Part shown: positions 1 to 9,555 of the stretch, in pieces
Position numbering within the stretch: the stretch's first letter is position 1
Layout: every line of letters begins with the position of its first letter
Assembly (NCBI GenBank): GCA_038245785.1
Contig: JBBRSB010000001.1
Location: 361,175 to 425,174 of the forward strand
Reading direction: 5' to 3'
DNA: 64,000 nucleotides
Source: Gloeobacterales cyanobacterium
GTDB lineage: Bacteria > Cyanobacteriota > Cyanobacteriia > Gloeobacterales > PMM-0068
Notes under the pieces: generated by a model
What the model saw: the letters and a program-made list of their open reading frames with translations, nothing else
Told to the model about the DNA's origin: nothing
The model's database searches: none
Position numbers and translations under genes: made by a program

Positions 1-564
1 CAGTTCTTTCTCTGAAATTTCTCCGGTATAGCCCAGGACTTGGGAGGCTAAATTGCCGTGAGGATACAAGCGACTGAGTTCAGCATCGACTCTTACGCCT
101 GGCAAATCTGCTCCATGTTCTTTCATCCGGATCACAAAGGCTGGATCTAAGCCTTGGAGCAAACGAACAGGATAGGGAGAGCGGAATCCTGCAATGCGCA
201 GTTTCCGGTACATCTCTTCAGAGGTAAGACCCGTATAGGGAGCTAGACGCTCCAGAACCGCTGGCCATTTTCGAGGGCGCACCTGGAGCGGGTCTAGGAA
301 CAAAGAGTAGGTTAACTGACTACTGACCAAAACTTTACCGTTGCGGTCTAGGAGTTCTCCCCGTTCTGGAGCCTTTGGCAAGAGACGGATACGGTTACTT
401 TCAGCTTGCTCTCGATGTTCTGCGCCTTCAACAAGCTGTAAGAGGACCAAGCGAAGCACCAAGGCACCCAACAGCGTAGCGCCAATACCCAAGAGGGTAA
501 TGGCCCTTAAGCCACCCCCGGACCATCGTTTTTCTTTTTCGTCAGTGCCTGTGCCTAGCTGCAT
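1..564 (-). CDS. mrdA: Penicillin-binding protein 2 (N-terminal part; runs off the window edge)
   Basis: Manual translation from ATG at 564: MQLGTGTDEKEKRWSGGGLRAITLLGIGATLLGALVLRLVLLQLVEGAEHREQAESNRIRLLPKAPERGELLDRNGKVLV. TM anchor followed by the class B PBP motif RGxxxDRNG. Confidence 0.85.
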   Translation of the reverse strand, partial: MQLGTGTDEKEKRWSGGGLRAITLLGIGATLLGALVLRLVLLQLVEGAEHREQAESNRIRLLPKAPERGELLDRNGKVLVSSQLTYSLFLDPLQVRPRKWPAVLERLAPYTGLTSEEMYRKLRIAGFRSPYPVRLLQGLDPAFVIRMKEHGADLPGVRVDAELSRLYPHGNLASQVLGYTGEISEKEL

Positions 565-614
565 AAACTAATTATGCGCTTTTCAGAGCTGAGTATATCG
601 GCTAGCTGGGGCTT

Positions 615-1253
615 TTAACGGCGAATAGCGACAGGAGCATCCAACTTAAGATTGAGGGAGCGGTCAGGCCGGACTACTACAACCCTGGGAGCCGTCACGT
701 TGCCGACGATTACGCCAGCCGCCGCGCCTCCGAGTAAACCACCCAAAGAAACTCCACCCGTTACGGCGCCGAGAAGGGCACCACCAGCGGCACCAATGGC
801 AGCATCTCCTGCAATCGCTCCCCCTTCATACTCTCTAGGATCCTTTTCATCGGGAATCATATCGGAACTGGCGCGCAGAGAAGTGTACTGCCCGTTGATG
901 ACAACTCCATCCGCAAAGAATTTTAGGCCGCCAGGTACCGGAGCGAACCGTCCACGCACTTCTGTCCCCTTAGGGAAGACGACCCCGCCTCGGTTATCTA
1001 CTACATCTTGAGAGGTCACCAAGGTAGCATTGGCATCTTTACCTGGATCTAAGTATTGGGTTGAGTTGGCTGGAGCTGCTACAGGAACTGCTGCTCCTGC
1101 TTCCAAACGCGCAACTCCCACATTGAAGCGCCGATTGTTGACTTGAGATGCACTATTGTCTGGCTCCAAAACTGGATAGTCTGCTGCATACACCGACAGC
1201 AGAGGAGTTACAGCCATGGAAAGAGAGAGTGAAAGAACTAAGAAACGACGCAT
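615..1253 (-). CDS. Secreted conserved cyanobacterial protein with TrbI-like beta domain and C-terminal glycine zipper
   Basis: Signal peptide; VVFPKGTEVRGRF motif; GAAGGALLGAVTGG glycine zipper. Confidence 0.65.
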   Translation of the reverse strand: MRRFLVLSLSLSMAVTPLLSVYAADYPVLEPDNSASQVNNRRFNVGVARLEAGAAVPVAAPANSTQYLDPGKDANATLVTSQDVVDNRGGVVFPKGTEVRGRFAPVPGGLKFFADGVVINGQYTSLRASSDMIPDEKDPREYEGGAIAGDAAIGAAGGALLGAVTGGVSLGGLLGGAAAGVIVGNVTAPRVVVVRPDRSLNLKLDAPVAIRR

Positions 1254-1553
1254 GATGTCCTCCTGAGAACTAATAATTTTGGTGTCCGCACGGTGCCCCT
1301 CTAGCGTCCCCTCATTCGTTGAGCACCATTTAGGTCTATACCCGTCCGTTTTCTTCAGGGGGCAACTCTACCCTCATTATAGAACGGTAGATGTAGTTGG
1401 TTAATTCCCGAAATAGACTTTACTGGGTACTTTACGACGCTACATATGGATAGATAATCAGCGTACAACATAGTATTTGTCATGAAATACTAGCATACGC
1501 AAGAAAGTTTACGGGTTTACGACTGTTGTCTAGAGCACGGTTAGCTTCTAGAT

Positions 1554-2546
1554 CTAAAACTGCTTCAAGAAACGCTGGTCGCTATTGTACAAAAGCCGGA
1601 TGTCGTCGATGCCGTAGAGTAACATAGCTAATCGCTCAATGCCCAGACCTGCGGCAAAGCCTTGGACTTTCTCAGGATCATAACCAACGGCTTTGAAGAC
1701 ATTTGGGTCTACCATCCCAGCGCCTAGGACTTCTAACCAGCGACCCCCAGATTTAGATTCCCACCAGATATCTACTTCCATGGAAGGCTCGGTAAAGGGG
1801 AAAAAGCTTGGGCGAAAACGGGTAGGACGCTCTCCCAAAAGCTCTTCTATAAAAATAGTCAGAGTTCCTTTGAGGTCTGTAAAGGTAATATCCTCATCCA
1901 CGGCCAACACTTCTAATTGATGAAAGATCGGATAGTGGCTGGCATCTACGGCATCTCTGCGGAATACGCGCCCAGAGCAGATCATACGGAATGGAGGTTC
2001 ATTTTCTTCCATGTAGCGAATCTGAATGGAAGAGGTTTGGGTCCGCAGGAGCTGACCATTAGGCAGATAGAGCGTATCCTGCATGTCCCTGGCTGGGTGG
2101 TCTGCTGGTGTATTCAAAGCTTCAAAGTTGTAATATTCCGTCTCCACTTCCGGTCCTGTAGCAGGAGAGTAGCCCAAGCCCACAAAAATATCCGTGATCC
2201 GGTCAATGGTTCCGAGAATAGGATGGATACTGCCCTGGGGAATATAGACACCGGGCATCGTCACATCAAGGGCTTCTGCAGCCAGTTGGCTATTAAGTTT
2301 GGCCTCTTCTAAGGTCGCTTTGCGTTCCTGTAACTGCTCTTCGAATTCGTTTTTAATCTGGTTGGCCAAAGCGCCAATCACCGGACGCTCTTCTGCCGAA
2401 AGCTTGCCCATGCCTCCCAAGATCGCCGAAAGCTTCCCCTTTTTCCCCAGGTACTCAATACGTAGCGCTTCTAAAGCTTCCAAGTTAGGGGCTTCGGTAA
2501 GAGCAAGATGGGCTTCTTGGTGGAGTTGATTTAGTTGGTCTTTCAT
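1554..2546 (-). CDS. pheS: Phenylalanyl-tRNA synthetase alpha subunit
   Basis: Motifs [41 protein letters not shown]. Start set at MKDQL (2546) rather than the ORF-track 2582. Confidence 0.97.
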   Translation of the reverse strand: MKDQLNQLHQEAHLALTEAPNLEALEALRIEYLGKKGKLSAILGGMGKLSAEERPVIGALANQIKNEFEEQLQERKATLEEAKLNSQLAAEALDVTMPGVYIPQGSIHPILGTIDRITDIFVGLGYSPATGPEVETEYYNFEALNTPADHPARDMQDTLYLPNGQLLRTQTSSIQIRYMEENEPPFRMICSGRVFRRDAVDASHYPIFHQLEVLAVDEDITFTDLKGTLTIFIEELLGERPTRFRPSFFPFTEPSMEVDIWWESKSGGRWLEVLGAGMVDPNVFKAVGYDPEKVQGFAAGLGIERLAMLLYGIDDIRLLYNSDQRFLKQF

Positions 2547-2630
2547 GACACATCGCAGTCTACGTTCCCTATTGTCTCTCAAGGCTGCGGTTTTTGGCCC
2601 GACTACCCCTTCAACGTTTTGGAAAATAGT

Positions 2631-3474
2631 TCACTTAAGCGCTGGAGACCCATTATCTGGAGCAATGCGCACATCCAGGATGTTAAAGATTTCGCTCTCC
2701 TTCGCTAGGCGTAGGGCTTGATAAAATTCTTCTCCTATTTTTATCACAAAGCCACGACCACCCGTTGTGACCTCAGCGTATCAACCTAGGGATACTTGAA
2801 TAAGCAGAGGTATAGTTAGTTGAAACAATCACAATGTAACTATAAGAAGAAGTTTCCAGTGACGTCTACCGTCCTGTATCCGTGCAACGGTGCTAGTAAT
2901 GCTTACCTCTGGTAGACGGCGCTATGGTCTACGACCCCTCGGTCCATCCTGACTCTAAGGCTCTGCCTATAGAGCGAGGCTTCCGCGCTTTTAGCTAATT
3001 GCTCTGCCAGCGCTACGACTTGTTCCTGTAAGCCAAAGCGGTGGACCTCCGCACAGGCCAGAATGACCGGAGCTTTAGCCTGATTGAGCATTTTCAGCGT
3101 CTCGGCAACCGATTCTGCCAAAGGGCCTGACTCAGTTCGCTTCACGGGCGGCGGCAGATGCTCAGCTTCCTCAATTTCTGCATAAACCATATCGCGGGGA
3201 ATTTCCAGATAGACCGGGCGCTTGAAGGTTATGGCATAGTCGATAGCCCGGTGGATCTTGCTTCTGCGGTTTTTGGGTTGTCGAGGATCTCTGCGTAGAG
3301 AGTAACTTCCTCGTACACGCGACGCTGGGTCTCGTGGGTCATCACAATTGGCTTGATCGGATTCTCCACCAGAGCATCGTAGAGCGTCAGGGCAAAATCA
3401 CCAGGGATGCCAAAGGCATGTTGCACACCTTGCTGATACAAGAGTTCAAAGATATGCGGTGCTAGTTGAGGCAT
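2631..3474 (-). pseudogene. Fragmented TPP-dependent alpha-keto acid (indolepyruvate/pyruvate) decarboxylase
   Basis: N-term GVQHAFGIPGDFAL...HE; middle KRPVYLEIPRDMV and PVILACAEVHRFGL; C-terminal fragment GGRGFVIKIGEEFYQALRLA...ILDVRIAPDNGSPALK* at 2631-2765. Large internal deletions and frameshifts. Confidence 0.8.
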
Positions 3475-3770
3475 TTTGGTTACCTTCCCTAATCACTATG
3501 TTGATTCCGTGTGCCTATTGAAGAGGATCATCAATTTTTTCTGGATGGACCACGAAATAGAGCTACACCTTCGATCATGAACGAATTAGACAAAAAATGC
3601 TGTTTTAGCAAAAAAGATACAAAATTTTGGGCCTAGTCTCTACCTTTGAAACCAAGATTCAATAGGAGATGAAGGAGTTAGAGGGAATGCTGAACCTGCC
3701 TCTAAATGCTTAAAATGCCAGCACTGTGCTAGCATGTCCATGGATGGTGCTTTTGATGCTGGAGGTCCTG

Positions 3771-3995
3771 ATGGCAACGCTTACGATTCGCAATGTGCCG
3801 GATGAATTGGTCGACCGCATTAAGCGGTTGGCTGGACAAAAGGGGGTTTCGATGGAGCAGGAAATCCGCGATTTGTTGCAAAGTCGTTATGAGAAGCGCA
3901 GTGTGGTGCTTGAGCGCATACGTCAGCGCTGGGAAACGTTGCCGCTTCAATCTGCCGAACCGATACAGGACTGGAAAGCGCAGGGACGCCCCTGA
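3771..3995 (+). CDS. FitA-like ribbon-helix-helix antitoxin
   Basis: MATLTIRNVPDELVDRIKRLA...SMEQEIRDLL; GGAGG RBS before ATG 3771; directly upstream of a PIN gene. Confidence 0.85.
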   Translation: MATLTIRNVPDELVDRIKRLAGQKGVSMEQEIRDLLQSRYEKRSVVLERIRQRWETLPLQSAEPIQDWKAQGRP

Positions 3996-3997
3996 TA

Positions 3998-4387
3998 GTG
4001 ATCGATACGATGGTATTTGCCTATGCTCTGCTACGGGTTGAGGATAAACATGAGCAAGCCCTTGCCGCGCTAGAAGGGACAGGGCAAATTATTGTGCCGG
4101 ATTCGCTGTTTGTGGAGTTAGGGAATGTGGTGTGGCAATGGATCCAGTTTCGGCAGTTGTCTCTGCAGGTTGGATTGGATGTGTTGGCAGATGCAGAGGC
4201 GTTGGTGGATAAGGTGGTTCCGATCGCCCGGATTCGGGAGATAGCGTTGGAGTTGGCCGTTCGGGCGGGGCATTCGTTTTACGACACGCTATTTATAGCA
4301 GCAGCCATTCAGGAGAAGACGCAACTGCTGACGTTTGACCGCAAGTTGGCAGCAAAGTTCCCCGACCAGGTGCGACTTTTAGAATAA
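3998..4387 (+). CDS. vapC: PIN-domain toxin (VapC/FitB family)
   Basis: IDT N-terminal motif; E..NV; SFYDTLFIAAA...LLTFDRKL. Confidence 0.88.
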   Translation: MIDTMVFAYALLRVEDKHEQALAALEGTGQIIVPDSLFVELGNVVWQWIQFRQLSLQVGLDVLADAEALVDKVVPIARIREIALELAVRAGHSFYDTLFIAAAIQEKTQLLTFDRKLAAKFPDQVRLLE

Positions 4388-4511
4388 TGATTTCTGTAGA
4401 TAAATTTGCTGTGGCCAGGTGTCGCAGTCTCGCTTAACAACAAGGTCAGGTGCATCGCGTCTATTTGGATGAGTTAGGCGATATTGAACGGTTGCCGCTG
4501 GGAGTGGCTCC

Positions 4512-4562
4512 CTTCGGCTCCGCTCAGGGAGCAAGAGCCCCGCTGGCTGAGCGAAGTCGAAG
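4512..4562. repeat. REP-like palindromic element (16-bp imperfect inverted repeat)
   Basis: CTTCGGCTCCGCTCAG (4512-4527) pairs with CTGAGCGAAGTCGAAG (4547-4562). Confidence 0.7.
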
Positions 4563-4930
4563 CTAGCTCTTTACTGGAACGATCGCGGCAAGAGGAATCC
4601 CAAGAAGCGAGTCGGGCCATAATAGAGATGCTGACAACAATACTGGTTTACAAGTTCACAGATTTGGGCCGAAGGGAGGCAGAAGCGATGCTAGGGATTT
4701 CACTTGAAGAAACGCGGTTTTATCGGGAAGTCAAGGAAGAAGGACGAGAGGAAGAAGGCCAATCGCTAGTTCTGCGCCAATTAAATCGGCGGGTTGGAAC
4801 ATTGCCAGAATCTGTCACAAGCAAAATTTCTGATCTGTCGATCGAGCAAATTGAATCTCTAGCTGAGGCATTGTTAGATTTTCAATCGATTGCTGATTTA
4901 GAGGCTTGGCTGGAGAATTTGCCAAAGTAA
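4563..4930 (+). pseudogene. 5'-truncated Rpn/DUF2887-type protein with C-terminal DUF4351 domain
   Basis: IIEMLTTILVYKF...LEETRFYREVKEEGREE...LVLRQLNRRVG...LAEALLDFQSIADLEAWL. The N-terminal nuclease-like half is missing and the 5' part of the ORF reads through the REP-like element. Confidence 0.75.
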
Positions 4931-4965
4931 GACTCGATTCCGTTTTGGCCTCGTTCTAACTAACG

Positions 4966-6021
4966 CTACCTCCGTCGGGAGCGTGCGGCCACCGCTAATT
5001 CTTCTAGCAAGACTTCGGTTTCTTCCCAAGCAATGCAGCTGTCGGTGATGCTTTGGCCATATTGCAGGGGTTTTCCAGGCTGGATGTCCTGACGACCGGC
5101 GAGCAAGTGACTTTCAATCATGATGCCGATGATGCGTCTATCTCCACCTGCGAGCTGAGTCGCCACATCGCGGCAGACCTCTGGCTGTTTATTGTAGTCT
5201 TTATGGCTATTGGCATGGCTACAATCAATCATCACACGCGCTTTTAGGCCCACTTTCTCTAGGTGCTCACTGACCTGTTGGACGTGCTCAGCAGAATAGT
5301 TGGTTGTGTTGCGACCGCCTCGGAGAATGATGTGACAGTCTGGATTGCCGCTGGTGGTGAAAATAGCAGATTGACCCTTTTTAGTCTGGCCCAGGAAGCA
5401 GTGGGGGTGGGCCGCTGAGACAATCGCTTCGATGGCAATTTGTAAATTTCCAGAAGTCCCATTCTTAAAACCAATGGGGCAGGAAAGACCGGAGGCCAGT
5501 TCGCGGTGTACTTGGCTTTCGGTTGTGCGAGCACCAATCGCGCCCCAGCTAACTAAATCGGTGTAGTACTGTGGGGTCATCAAATCTAGAAATTCGGTAC
5601 CAGCGGGTACACCCATCTCGGCTAGATCTCGTAAGAGCTGACGGCCAATGCGCAGACCGTCATTAATTCGAAAACTGCCATCCAGGTATGGATCGTTGAG
5701 CAAACCCTTCCAGCCCACGGTGGTCCGAGGTTTCTCAAAATAGACGCGCATGATGATCAGCAGATCATCCGCCAGGCGATCATGGACTTTCTTGAGCCGC
5801 TGCGCATACTCACGGGCTGCCTCAGGATCATGAATCGAGCAGGGACCGACCACAACCATCAGCCGATCATCTTCACCCTTAAGAATGCTTTGGATGTTCT
5901 TTCGCGTTGAGTGCACGGTCCAAGCGGCATCCTCGGTAAGCGGTAGTTCCTCAAGCAGGGCGGCTGGAGAGGTTACCACCTCGTTCCAACTAATACGCAA
6001 ATCGTCCATATCAAATTTCAT
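4966..6021 (-). CDS. aroG: DAHP synthase, class I-alpha (AroG/AroF type)
   Basis: GPCSIHD, RVYFEKPRTTVGWKG, IGARTTESQVHRELASG, DCSHANS, YGQSITDSC. Confidence 0.95.
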   Translation of the reverse strand: MKFDMDDLRISWNEVVTSPAALLEELPLTEDAAWTVHSTRKNIQSILKGEDDRLMVVVGPCSIHDPEAAREYAQRLKKVHDRLADDLLIIMRVYFEKPRTTVGWKGLLNDPYLDGSFRINDGLRIGRQLLRDLAEMGVPAGTEFLDLMTPQYYTDLVSWGAIGARTTESQVHRELASGLSCPIGFKNGTSGNLQIAIEAIVSAAHPHCFLGQTKKGQSAIFTTSGNPDCHIILRGGRNTTNYSAEHVQQVSEHLEKVGLKARVMIDCSHANSHKDYNKQPEVCRDVATQLAGGDRRIIGIMIESHLLAGRQDIQPGKPLQYGQSITDSCIAWEETEVLLEELAVAARSRRR

Positions 6022-6251
6022 AGAGAATCTGCCAGTTCAATGAACAAAGCGGAGAAAGCATAGCACACGGGGTGTACCCATGAAGAAGCGAACACAGATT
6101 TGCCAGAAACGCATCTCTGGAGAGGGCTCTGACTAGAGCTATACTAGCTCCCCCTGAGAATTAATTCCCTTTAGTTCGGTCGGCACAACTGCTTCAATAA
6201 CGATACAATTTCACTGCATCGTAAAGGGTTAGGCCAGAGTTACCACTGAAA

Positions 6252-6758
6252 TCATTCACGCTTTGGATACTCGCCTGAATCTAAAGCTTCACGCAGCCTC
6301 TTATAAGTTGTTTCTGAATATTTGTTTACATTGCTTCTCATTCCTGTGCTAATGCATGTGTGATAGCGATGGTTATCGCGCAACTTAAAGAGCCTTATCA
6401 TTGTTATTACATCATAAGAACGCACACTCAATTTTTCGGCTAGTTGGGCACATGTATAAGTGTAGTAATCTTCTTTAGAAAGATGGATTTTGGAAAGTGC
6501 AATATCAGGATCATCAAGTTCAGTAGTCACTTTAAGGGCGGCATCCTCTGTTTCTCCATTGGCTAATGACTCAAACTGCCCTACAATCTTGTTAATGCTA
6601 TTCTCCAGACGAGTAAGTTTATTAGTTAGGCGTTCATCAACAACTTCAGAAAGTATATTCCTGAGTCTGTCTTCAGACACCCCAATCATGTCATTATTTT
6701 CACGATTGAGGCGTGCCTGGCTCAGGGGAACAACAACATTATTTAACTCTAATGACAT
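6252..6758 (-). CDS. Hypothetical protein (coiled coil plus possible C-terminal winged HTH)
   Basis: 168-aa ORF with AGGAG RBS; last gene of the 7874-6252 operon; YTCAQLAEKLSVRSYDV is helix-turn-helix-like. Confidence 0.65.
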   Translation of the reverse strand: MSLELNNVVVPLSQARLNRENNDMIGVSEDRLRNILSEVVDERLTNKLTRLENSINKIVGQFESLANGETEDAALKVTTELDDPDIALSKIHLSKEDYYTYTCAQLAEKLSVRSYDVITMIRLFKLRDNHRYHTCISTGMRSNVNKYSETTYKRLREALDSGEYPKRE

Positions 6759-6769
6759 GTGCCAACTCC

Positions 6770-7045
6770 TTAGGCAATTGCAGAAGATTGAGATTTTTCA
6801 TGGATACGTTCTCTTACTAGACTTTGAGTCTCAGAGGCGATAAATTCAAGATCATCTTGTGAAAGAACACTTCCTAGTTCCTCCTGTAAAATTGCCATTA
6901 ATTTCTCTTTATTGAGGCAATTTTGACTCTCGGCTAGCTGAGTTAAGTATTCCCCTAAATGTTCTCCAATATCTAATCCAGCAGAAATTTCAAAATCATC
7001 CTCAACCTGGAGCGCCCAGTTCATCCAATTTTGTTCAGTACTCAT
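6770..7045 (-). CDS. Small acidic hypothetical protein
   Basis: 91-aa ORF with AGGAG RBS, tightly packed in the operon. Confidence 0.6.
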   Translation of the reverse strand: MSTEQNWMNWALQVEDDFEISAGLDIGEHLGEYLTQLAESQNCLNKEKLMAILQEELGSVLSQDDLEFIASETQSLVRERIHEKSQSSAIA

Positions 7046-7065
7046 ATCCGTTTTTCTCCTTAATG

Positions 7066-7638
7066 CTACCTACTGAAATCCGACTTGCTGATAATATCTG
7101 TCGCTGTCTTCACAGAAAGTTCAAAGTAATTCAGGTTCTGCTTGGAAGGGTCAGGACCAAAATCTACTAGTTGAAGCTTTTTGTAGAACCCATGGGCTTT
7201 AGATAGTGCATGTAAACCCAGCCTTCCTTTATATTCTAAATCGATACTCCTTTGAATAGCGAAGGTTATCAAAGCGGTACCAACAGCCTTATACATTGGT
7301 CCTTCTGGCGAGGGTCGATTCCAAGGAGCTACAGCCAGAAAATCCACGTAGACTAGGCCTCTACCGTTCTCCAACCTAGAACGATAACGGTCTATTTCTA
7401 GGATCATCATTCCCTGCGTGATCCTGTCACACTCTAATGCATATAGTTCATAACTAGGTGCCCTTGGTACTGATGCTTTTTTCGTCCACTCCCAGTGGCT
7501 GTCTTGCTCATCAGAAGCTTGTAGTCTTGGTTTCCAGAAGGTCTCGAAATCAGCTAGGTGTTTGTCTGATATAGGAATCAAGTCTGCATTAACAACCTGT
7601 TGGTTCTTGACGTGAAAAATTTTGACACTTGCTTTCAA
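7066..7638 (-). CDS. GNAT acetyltransferase (putative toxin)
   Basis: VYVDFLAVAPWNR...YKAVGTALI, GRLGLHAL...GFYKKL. Confidence 0.8.
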   Translation of the reverse strand: MKASVKIFHVKNQQVVNADLIPISDKHLADFETFWKPRLQASDEQDSHWEWTKKASVPRAPSYELYALECDRITQGMMILEIDRYRSRLENGRGLVYVDFLAVAPWNRPSPEGPMYKAVGTALITFAIQRSIDLEYKGRLGLHALSKAHGFYKKLQLVDFGPDPSKQNLNYFELSVKTATDIISKSDFSR

Positions 7639-7664
7639 GACAGATCCTTTCTATCTAGCAAAAG

Positions 7665-7874
7665 CTAGAAGAGTAAAACTTCAGATTTTTCTTTATCCAA
7701 AGACTCGACGTAGAACTTTTCCCCTTGTTCGATGCGCTGCTCAAGAACTGCCATCATCCTCAGAGCCTGCCGCAGAATGGCAGACTTACTCATTTCCTTT
7801 TTCTCGCTGAGTTCTGTGAGCAGCTCCAATTCGGATGACGACAGATTTAATGAAATTAACGTTTTCTTGTTCAA
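7665..7874 (-). CDS. CopG/RHH-family regulator (putative antitoxin)
   Basis: ISLNLSSSELELLTELSEKKEMSKSAILRQAL; GGAGG RBS before TTG start. Confidence 0.8.
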   Translation of the reverse strand: MNKKTLISLNLSSSELELLTELSEKKEMSKSAILRQALRMMAVLEQRIEQGEKFYVESLDKEKSEVLLF

Positions 7875-7904
7875 ATTTTGTTGCCTCCAGACCTCGCACC
7901 TTCT

Positions 7905-7928
7905 ATATATAATATATATTTTATATAT
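7905..7928. promoter_or_regulatory. AT-only palindrome, putative RHH autoregulatory operator
   Basis: ATATATAA-N8-TTATATAT about 30 bp upstream of the RHH start codon. Confidence 0.45.
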
Positions 7929-7983
7929 CCGTCAAGGTGGAATCATTCCCTCCGGTGATAGATGTCCTCAGCTTTAGGCTGCG

Positions 7984-9435
7984 TCACCCACGACACAAAT
8001 ACTTCAGCAACGACACAATCTCATTCAGCGGTACCATCTGCTGAGAGCGGTCATTCATATTGCGTAGGGCAACGACACCGCTTTCGATTTCGCTAGGGCC
8101 GAGAATCAAAACATAGGTAATTTTCTTCTCATTGGCATAGCCCAGCTGCTTGCGCATCTCATTAGGGCTAAAAGGCTCATCCCCATAGAAAATTTCAGTG
8201 CGGATCCCTTCATGACGCAGTTGCTTCGTTAGATTCAAGCCGAGCGTAGCCGCTCCTGGATCGGTGAAGCGCGTTACCAGCACTTCAGAAATTGGAGGCA
8301 CGGTTTGCAATAGATCCAGCATTTCCAGGGCGGTCAGCAAGCGGTCTAAGCCAAAAGAAGTGCCCACTGCAGGCAGGTCAATTTTGCCATCGGATAGGTC
8401 ATGAATCAGACGGTCATAGCGTCCACCACCGCCGATACTGCCTATATTTGCAGGTGTCACGGTTTCAAAAATCGTCCCGGTGTAATAATCCAATCCACGG
8501 GCCAATGTGAGGTCCACTTTGTAGTTTTGCTCTGGGACTTCATAGTCTTTCAGATGGCCCAGGACCTTCTCTAGGTCCTGAATTCCTGCGAGCGCTAGGG
8601 GAGATTCAACCAGCAGTTCTTGAGCCTGAGCTAAAACTTCGAGGGAATTTCCTTCCAGGCCAATTACCTTGAAGAGTTTTTCAACGGTCTCTTTTGCACA
8701 ATTTTTGGCTAATAACTCCTGCTGGACTTCTTCTGGAGTAGCCTTGTCCAACTTGTCCACCGCCGTCAGGGCCACTGCTTCTTGATTTTTAGGAATGCCC
8801 GACCATTGAATCAAACCCGTCAGTAATTTGCGGTGATTCATCCGAATCGTGAAGGAGGGAAAACCAAGGCTGCTTAGGATTTCAGAACCAATAGCCACCA
8901 GTTCGGCTTCGACCAAGAGGCTTTCTGCCCCAATCACGTCTACATCGCACTGAAAAAACTCTCGATAGCGACCGGCACCCGGTCTATCGCCCCGCCACAC
9001 GGGCTGTATTTGATAGCGCTTGAAGGGACGAGCCAATTTGCGTAGCTGACGCTTGCCCTTGGCGTCCGAAGGGTCTGGATAGGTTTGGTCGCCATACATG
9101 CCCATCACCCGTGAAAGAGGAACGGTCAGGTCATAGCGCAACGCGAGGCGTGACTCAGCCTCATTCAGGTAACTAACCAAGAAATTAGGTTCGTCCGTCT
9201 CCTGTTTCAAGGCCTCTCTCAGCTTCCCACTACTAATCACGTGATAAATCAGTTTTTCCCCTTCTTCGCCATATTTGCCCGCCAGCGTCTCCCAGCGCTC
9301 GATAGAAGGCGTTTCCAACGGTTCAAAACCATACTTGCGAAATACCTGCTTCATCCGGTCGATGACGTATTCCCGGCGATTCATCTCTTGGGGCAAAAAG
9401 TCGCGGGTGCCCCCCATAATCCCAAGTTCAGTCAT
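7984..9435 (-). CDS. hisS: Histidyl-tRNA synthetase
   Basis: GTRDFLP, LRYDLTVP, RYREFFQCDVD, LARGLDYYTG, GGGGRYD, GTSFGLDRL, anticodon-binding domain. Confidence 0.96.
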   Translation of the reverse strand: MTELGIMGGTRDFLPQEMNRREYVIDRMKQVFRKYGFEPLETPSIERWETLAGKYGEEGEKLIYHVISSGKLREALKQETDEPNFLVSYLNEAESRLALRYDLTVPLSRVMGMYGDQTYPDPSDAKGKRQLRKLARPFKRYQIQPVWRGDRPGAGRYREFFQCDVDVIGAESLLVEAELVAIGSEILSSLGFPSFTIRMNHRKLLTGLIQWSGIPKNQEAVALTAVDKLDKATPEEVQQELLAKNCAKETVEKLFKVIGLEGNSLEVLAQAQELLVESPLALAGIQDLEKVLGHLKDYEVPEQNYKVDLTLARGLDYYTGTIFETVTPANIGSIGGGGRYDRLIHDLSDGKIDLPAVGTSFGLDRLLTALEMLDLLQTVPPISEVLVTRFTDPGAATLGLNLTKQLRHEGIRTEIFYGDEPFSPNEMRKQLGYANEKKITYVLILGPSEIESGVVALRNMNDRSQQMVPLNEIVSLLKYLCRG

Positions 9436-9555
9436 CGGTCCACTCAGTAGAAATCATGCACGCTCAATTGTAACGGGCGGAGTGTTCTGGATCAGTTTGC
9501 AAGACCTGAGTAATCCGATACCAGTACACTAAGGAACACAGGGCTTTAATTATTT

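Noticed and set aside
652..1011. Pro-rich 119-aa ORF and the many other antisense ORFs in the track (e.g. 1917..2312, 22425..22823, 52924..53352, 57480..57875)
   Set aside because: They are shadows of well-supported genes on the opposite strand or in another frame, with no family motifs.
1471..1492. Palindrome TAGTATTT-N6-AAATACTA as an NtcA box
   Set aside because: The GTA-TAC spacing is 12, not 8; no regulator can be assigned.
4432..4479. attC site (GCTTAAC...GTTAGGC) after vapC
   Set aside because: The core and inverse-core match, but it is only 48 bp and has no convincing L-box pairing; at most a remnant.
4966..6021. Class I-alpha DAHP synthase as an unusual acquisition
   Set aside because: This type is known from various cyanobacteria; not remarkable without a phylogeny.
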